Assembly: GCA_048938385.1 (NCBI GenBank) | Contig: JBHLMG010000001.1 | Location: 128,001 to 192,000, forward strand | Direction: 5' to 3' | DNA: 64,000 bases | From: Promethearchaeota archaeon | GTDB taxonomy: Archaea > Asgardarchaeota > Hermodarchaeia > Hermodarchaeales > Hermodarchaeaceae | Shown: positions 58,797 to 64,000 of the stretch, piece after piece | Layout: the number at the start of each line of letters is the position of its first letter | Position numbering within the stretch: the first letter of the stretch is position 1 | Program-made: the position numbers and the translations under genes | The notes under the pieces: model-generated | Seen by the model: the letters and a program-made list of their open reading frames with translations, nothing else | The model's database searches: none | Told to the model about the DNA's origin: nothing

Positions 58797-59285
58797 TCAT
58801 GGGGGTGGGGGTGCAAGTGCACCTTCGTGAATGCACAGGTGGGTGGGGTTCGCGGGGGGTGATTGGAGGGCGTTCCGTAAGAAGGTGGGGTAGAGGGGGC
58901 ATGTTTCGAGTGTGGTAACGGGATACCACTTGAAGATGAGGGTGTGCCCGTTTTCTTCGCCGAGGAATGTGTCCTGTTCGTAAAGCGGTGAGTGTTGGGG
59001 GAATTGGAACAGGTAGTAGAACCCAATCTCATGAGAGGGTGTTAGGAATATCGGGTGGGTTGGGCCGGATCCTTCTTCATGCTGGAAGAAGTTTTCTACA
59101 ACCCAGAGGAGCCGTTCAATCTGGACGGGGGTCTCAGTCTCCTCGAGCATCTCGCGTTTCAAAGCCTGCTCTGTAGTTTCCAGATGTCGTACCCGCCCTC
59201 CAGGGAGCGCCCAGAAGTCCCATCCTTCCACCTGGTGGAGTAACACGCGATGATCCTGAAAAACCACACCGGCGGTGCGTAACAT
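58797..59285 (-). CDS. NUDIX hydrolase
   Basis: WALPGGRV...ETTEQALKREMLEE, ENFF, HEIGFYY. Confidence 0.88.
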   Translation of the reverse strand: MLRTAGVVFQDHRVLLHQVEGWDFWALPGGRVRHLETTEQALKREMLEETETPVQIERLLWVVENFFQHEEGSGPTHPIFLTPSHEIGFYYLFQFPQHSPLYEQDTFLGEENGHTLIFKWYPVTTLETCPLYPTFLRNALQSPPANPTHLCIHEGALAPPPP

Positions 59286-59436
59286 GAACCGCCCCGTTCC
59301 AACTGGAAAGAAAAGCATGGCGTCTAAGAACCGCTGTCATCTCATATTTCTTTTACCATTAACCGGGTATGGGAATAACCCTATGCGTTCAAACTTGGGA
59401 AATTGGCAAGGAAGTTGGTCAAGAAATCGGGAAAAA

Positions 59437-59546
59437 GGTGCGGGGGCCGGGCTTCGAACCCGGGAACTCCTACGAGACAGGATCTTAAGTCCTGCGCCTT
59501 TGACCAAGCTTGGCTTTGAGGTCTCCATTAATGGAGAAACCCCCGC
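59437..59546 (-). tRNA. tRNA-Leu(TAA) with 23-nt BHB intron at position 8/9 (59516-59538)
   Basis: GGGG/CCUC helix, GU^U and AA^A bulges, outer GGC/GCC; spliced 5' end GCGGGGGUAGCCAAG. Confidence 0.88.
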
Positions 59547-59688
59547 CGCTCAGTCATTGCGGGCGCTACCCTTGGACACGCCCCCGCACAGTTGATGGCG
59601 TGACAAAGTTATTTCGGTGCTTAAAATTGCTTCGCGTTGGTGGCGCATACCGAAAATTAGCGCTATATTGGTGTGGTGAGAATAACGC

Positions 59689-61013
59689 ATGAACTACTCC
59701 TGAATAATTCCAGGAGTTCCCATCGAGTCCACTCCCCGAGGAATGTGGGGGAGGGCTGTGTGTCGATGCAAGCCATGCAAGAACGCTTGCAGTGGCTCCC
59801 TGTTCACAGGGGATTGCTGCAATAGGAACCGCACCATGATGTTGACTGCCGCGTTTTTATCTCGATCCAATGTGGTTCCACAATTGCATTGAATAACGCG
59901 CTCGGATAATAACCGATCATTGATTTGACCGCAGACACAACAGGTCTTCGTAGTATACGATTCGTCAATTCTTGCCACTCTCTTCCCTACTTTTTCAGCT
60001 TTGTAGGTCAAGAATTCGGCGAACCTACCTAACGCTCCTGTATTATATACTGAATAATTCAAGGTCCGCGCAGCTTGAGCTCTTAGGGAATTACCCTTCA
60101 GCTGTTGCTTCCGAGCCATGGTTTTGACCTTGAGGGCACCTAAGACAAGTGTATTGGCCTGTGTATTTTCGACAACATTTTTTGACACTTTGTGTTGATA
60201 ATCGCGTAGCTGGTTGGCTAGCTTCTGTTGCATTTTTTGGAGTTTTTTGCGATAGAAGTGCCACCTGTGACTGCCTTTTTTGCAATGGTCGCGCCGGGAT
60301 TGCACCTCCTGGATTTTCTTTCTCCAGTACAGGTCGGGACGACGGTTCTGAATCTGGATAAATTTTCCATGCATGTTGACCGCGGTGACTAAATTCGTAA
60401 TGCCCAGGTCAATGGCTTGGTATAGCATATTATCCACAAATGGAGAAACCTTCGCAGAACGCACAATTGCCACAAACCACCTATGACGCGCATCCTGAAA
60501 GATTTCTACTTGCTTAACCTCTCCTTCAAGTCGTGACAGCCAAGGCAAATTAAAAAGTAGTGCCACTCCCGAAGGATGCTTGTGAGAAAATTGTATAGTC
60601 TTTCTCTCGGTATCGATGCTAAATCCTGATTGATTGTAGCACAGTGTCGTGAAGAAATTCTTACCTTTGAACCTGGGCGGTCGTGCTTGCTTGTCACCTG
60701 TTTTCCATCGGGCAAAGAAAGACTTGTAGTCAGCATCCAACTTCCGAAGTGTCATTTGGAGAACCTTCGAATAGACCCAGAAATATTCAGGAAATTGGCG
60801 TTTGAGGGCAGGTAGGTTGTTCTGTTGTGTTGTGTAGGTGATATAGTTTCGCTCTGTCTCCGGTTTCGTGCGATTTGATTCCCAGTTTTGACGGCGTTCG
60901 TTCAGGGCGAAGTTGTAGAGGAGCCGACATTTCTCAGACAAGATCCATAATATCTGCTCTTGTTTTGGTGTGGGTTTTATGCAAATTTTATGTGTCAGCA
61001 TCTTGTGGCTCAT
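59689..61013 (-). mobile_element. tnpB: IS200/IS605-family (IS1341-like) element encoding TnpB only; CDS 59694..~61001-61013; left end not defined
   Basis: LYNFAL, PPRFK, RuvC-I AIDLG, zinc finger CCVCG...CNCG, DRDKNAAVNI; 3' hairpin ACTCCTG..CAGGAGT followed by TTCAT end. Confidence 0.88.
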
Positions 61014-61152
61014 GCTACAGATATGGTGCGCGTTCGGATTTTTCAGTCTAGAGGGAGGGGGACTGATAACTATCTGGTCAATTCTTCCCGGGAATGCTAA
61101 AACAGAGATTTTCTGCAAAATAGTTAAAAGGTACGAGCTGGGGTTAAGTGCT

Positions 61153-61304
61153 GCCGAGGTAGCTTAGCCTGGTTGAGCGCCAGACTCATAGGGCACTGCC
61201 CCAGGGTCAAGATTTGATGATTGCTGGCGCACCGGAGACATCTGGAGGTCGCGGGTTCGAACCGATGTCCTCGGGACTTCGCGGAACGCCCGCCCTCGGC
61301 ACCA
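61153..61304 (+). tRNA. tRNA-Met(CAT), elongator-type, introns at 37/38 (61191-61239) and 59/60 (61262-61287)
   Basis: BHB at both sites; mature 77 nt with CCA. Confidence 0.9.
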
Positions 61305-61317
61305 ATTGAAGAGTTGA

Positions 61318-61395
61318 GCCTCAGTGGCATAGCCTGGCTAGCGCACCGCCTTGGTAAGGCGGGGGTCGCGGGTTCGAATCCCGCCTGAGGCTCCA
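61318..61395 (+). tRNA. tRNA-Thr(GGT), no intron
   Basis: Cloverleaf with CCA. Confidence 0.95.
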
Positions 61396-61489
61396 CAATT
61401 TTTGTGTTTTCAAGGGAAGATGTGAGATTTTTAAAGAGAAAGCGAATGAATCCCTATGCTGGCAACTGTAATGCGAGGTGAATTTCGCC

Positions 61490-62176
61490 ATGACGGTGGA
61501 TGAAGAAAAACGCTTAGCGGCAGAAGCTGCGATCAATCATGTGTCTGATGGGATGTGTTTAGGTGTTGGTACAGGTTCGACGGTGGAAGTGTTCATTGAG
61601 TTACTAGTTGAGAAAATTGCGGCAGAAAACATCACCATCACAGCAGTTCCCACCTCGTGTGCCACTCAACTACGGTTACATGATGTTGGAATCACCACCA
61701 TTCCTTTGGGGTGCGTCACGAGTTTACCTTGCGCTGTGGATGGTGCTGACGAAGTAGATTCCACCATGGCCCTCATTAAAGGGGGAGGAGCTGCGCTTCT
61801 TCGAGAAAAAATCTTAGCTGAAGCAGCTCAGCAATTGGTCATCATTGTTGACAGTGGTAAATTAGTTAAACGATTAGGGGCTCGAACACCCATTCCGGTA
61901 GAGGTTCTTCCTGAAGCTCTCGCACTGACCATGGATCGAATTCAACAACTCGGTGGTTCACCCATGCTACGACAAGCCAAACGAAAAGCAGGTCCTATCA
62001 TCACCGATAACGGAAATTTCATCCTAGATGTAACATTTCCCAAAATCACCAATATCGCAGCCTTAGATACAAAACTCAACGCGATTCCTGGAGTTATTGA
62101 AAACGGGCTTTTTCCAGATCAAGCTGATGTTGTGTATGTTGGTCAAAAGAAGACTGTGAAAATCTTACAACGATAA
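61490..62176 (+). CDS. rpiA: Ribose-5-phosphate isomerase A
   Basis: GVGTGST, DGADEVD, IKGGGAALLREK, TDNGN. Confidence 0.96.
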   Translation: MTVDEEKRLAAEAAINHVSDGMCLGVGTGSTVEVFIELLVEKIAAENITITAVPTSCATQLRLHDVGITTIPLGCVTSLPCAVDGADEVDSTMALIKGGGAALLREKILAEAAQQLVIIVDSGKLVKRLGARTPIPVEVLPEALALTMDRIQQLGGSPMLRQAKRKAGPIITDNGNFILDVTFPKITNIAALDTKLNAIPGVIENGLFPDQADVVYVGQKKTVKILQR

Positions 62177-62223
62177 AACACAACATCCATAAAGTACTAG
62201 CTCTTCTTCGCTAGCCAATACGA

Positions 62224-62346
62224 GGGCCCGTGGCCAAGTCGGATAGGATGAAAATCTCCGCAGAAGGCGCCGGCCTCCTAAGCCGGTAATCCCGGGTTCG
62301 AAAGCGTCCATCCTGATTGGCGTCGAGATTCCCGGCGGGCCCGCCA
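62224..62346 (+). tRNA. tRNA-Arg(CCT), introns in D-loop (62245-62263) and at 59/60 (62303-62329)
   Basis: BHB-like at both sites; mature 77 nt with CCA. Confidence 0.9.
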
Positions 62347-62367
62347 TTTTCTTAATGATGTTGAGTT

Positions 62368-62964
62368 TCAGCTTCCGGCTACAATATCTGCAGGCGCGAC
62401 TAGATAGTAGGTGGGTTCACCTTGACGGTCTAACACTGCAAGCATCAATTTCTTGCGATTGCGTTTTGCCTGTTTGGTGAAAACATCAAGTTCTGTTACT
62501 TTGAGAGGAGAACCTTCCGAAATAGTACAGACGAAATACTTAGCTGTTGCTTCATTAAGTTTGGCACCACGAGGATAAACCCGAAATAACAACCCTTTCC
62601 CATACCCAGTACGGACAACATAGCCCCTACTCCGTAAATCGCTGTACACAAGAAAGCGTGTCCATAGCCCCAATTGCTTCTCTGCGAGTCGTTCAAGGAG
62701 AACCGAAAATTCCAGCGTGTTCTTCTTTAAATCCTTCACCGAGATACGTTGCCGTCTCAGTAGCAATAATGCCTCTTCGGGTTCAAGGATAAGCGTTTGC
62801 GAGTCTTTCAAAGTTCCGTAATACCCGGCTTCAAACAATAGTTTCGCATGTTGCCCTGTGATTACCACGCGACCACGGGTTAGCTTTGCTTGAATGGGTT
62901 CATCGGGGAGTTGAGATCGTTCATCGCTGGGCGTATCATCCTCAATGGTTTTTTCCTTGGTCAT
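62368..62964 (-). CDS. endA: tRNA splicing endonuclease subunit, probably the structural (beta) type
   Basis: GYYG, EEALLLL, FLVYSDLRSRGYVV, FRVYPRG, RKKLMLAVLD; no His at the expected catalytic position. Confidence 0.85.
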   Translation of the reverse strand: MTKEKTIEDDTPSDERSQLPDEPIQAKLTRGRVVITGQHAKLLFEAGYYGTLKDSQTLILEPEEALLLLRRQRISVKDLKKNTLEFSVLLERLAEKQLGLWTRFLVYSDLRSRGYVVRTGYGKGLLFRVYPRGAKLNEATAKYFVCTISEGSPLKVTELDVFTKQAKRNRKKLMLAVLDRQGEPTYYLVAPADIVAGS

Positions 62965-63030
62965 CCTTGAACACCATCTCAAGCGAAAAGAGGCGAAGCT
63001 ATATAACCTCTTCCCGTCACCCCCAATTTA

Positions 63031-63519
63031 ATGAAATCCTGGCAACAACGACTCGAAGCAGTTTTTTTTAAATCTAATAAAACTGCCATTATCGGCATCG
63101 GTAATGACCTTAAAGCAGACGATGGCGTTGGACCCTACATCATCGACAAACTTCAAACTCAAGTCCCACCACACATCGAACTTATCAACGCCAGCACAGT
63201 TCCCGAGAATTTCATTAACCACCTTATTGAAACTACCCCTTCTCTGATCCTCCTAATCGATGCCGCATTAATGAACTCCAAACCCGGAACTATTCGTCTC
63301 ATCGACAAATCCAACATTGGAGGCGTGGCATTCTCAACCCATCAACTCCCCCTCACCTTCTTCATCGAATACATCGAAAACAACATCAAGACGACCATTC
63401 TCATCCTTGGAATTCAACCTCTCACCGACGAGTTTACCCTCCCCCTCTCTCAACCCGTCCAAACCGCCGCTCAACAAATTATCAAAACCCTAACCCAGCT
63501 TTTCCAACAAAGCGTTTGA
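63031..63519 (+). CDS. hycI: Hydrogenase maturation endopeptidase (HycI-like)
   Basis: GIGNDLKADDGVG, VPEN, IDAA, STHQLPL, GIQP. Confidence 0.9.
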   Translation: MKSWQQRLEAVFFKSNKTAIIGIGNDLKADDGVGPYIIDKLQTQVPPHIELINASTVPENFINHLIETTPSLILLIDAALMNSKPGTIRLIDKSNIGGVAFSTHQLPLTFFIEYIENNIKTTILILGIQPLTDEFTLPLSQPVQTAAQQIIKTLTQLFQQSV

Positions 63520-63562
63520 AAACTCTTATAAGCAATTCAGTAAAACCTACTTCTTCGCTAAT

Positions 63563-63695
63563 CCCGGCGTAGCTCAACCTGGTAGAGCGTCTGGCTGTAG
63601 GTTAACACCGCACCCTGAGCCATCTTGGCAATGATTCGGTGCCAACCAACGCAGATACCAGATGGTTCCTGGTTCAAATCCGGGCGCCGGGACCA
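63563..63695 (+). tRNA. tRNA-Tyr(GTA) with 56-nt intron at 37/38 (63601-63656)
   Basis: C1-G72, CUGU/GCAG helix; mature 77 nt. Confidence 0.92.
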
Positions 63696-63746
63696 AATCA
63701 CAGAGTAACCTTTATATCACTCCTGACCTTGCAAAACTGAGGCTGC

Positions 63747-63854
63747 GCCCGTTTAGTGTAGCCAGGTCTATCATCTGGGACTGTCAATGGTCTATACTCG
63801 ATATAGGCCAATGGATCTCCTAGGACTCGGGTTCAAATCCCGGAACGGGCGCCA
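63747..63854 (+). tRNA. tRNA-Asp(GTC) with 30-nt intron at 37/38 (63787-63816)
   Basis: CUGU/AUGG helix, CA^A and AU^C bulges. Confidence 0.92.
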
Positions 63855-64000
63855 TTTCTTCTCTTCGTCGGTCTTTTGCGCGATTTTGAGGTTTAAGCCT
63901 AGGACATCTGGCGGTTTAATCGAAAGCTTAAAAAGGCGTTTGTACATTGTCGCCGTAGTTCCGCAGACGGTCTGCTTCGCTGGAGCGACGGCTGGTTTGG

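Noticed and set aside
59040-59075. Apparent ~10-aa insertion in the NUDIX gene with AGGA/UCCU pairing, considered as an intron
   Set aside because: No inner stem next to the bulge, and the implied 26-nt excision would break an intact frame
1-64000. CRISPR array or cas genes
   Set aside because: No regularly spaced repeats or cas motifs seen

Overview
Archaeal chromosomal segment, very likely from an Asgard archaeon (inferred from a roadblock/MglA-like GTPase cluster and a longin-like protein). It is dense in informational genes: smc-scpA-scpB, rps8e, srp19, gar1-tfb-TFEbeta, trm1, fibrillarin/nop5, rps30e, elp3, cdc6-GINS-mcm(intein)-hel308, pelota, tfe, pan, dnaG, tyrS and endA. It also holds 11 tRNA genes, 5S rRNA, SRP RNA, a tnpB element and a free-standing LAGLIDADG gene. 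The main discovery is that short bulge-helix-bulge (BHB) introns, the substrate of the tRNA splicing endonuclease, are not confined to tRNAs here. Besides 10 introns in 7 tRNA genes, most at non-canonical positions, 28-29 nt BHB introns interrupt dnaG (52501-52528), a roadblock gene (3117-3145) and the SRP RNA Alu domain (44831-44859). A small Cys-rich gene (~55547-55578) is a weaker candidate. In both strong mRNA cases, cutting after the 2nd nucleotide of each 3-nt bulge restores the reading frame and a conserved protein motif exactly. Secondary observations: probable non-canonical start codons (ATT/CTG/ACG) on core genes, and a sharp mirror-image C-rich/G-rich codon skew centred on the MCM intein. 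All structures were folded by eye; nothing was searched or computed.
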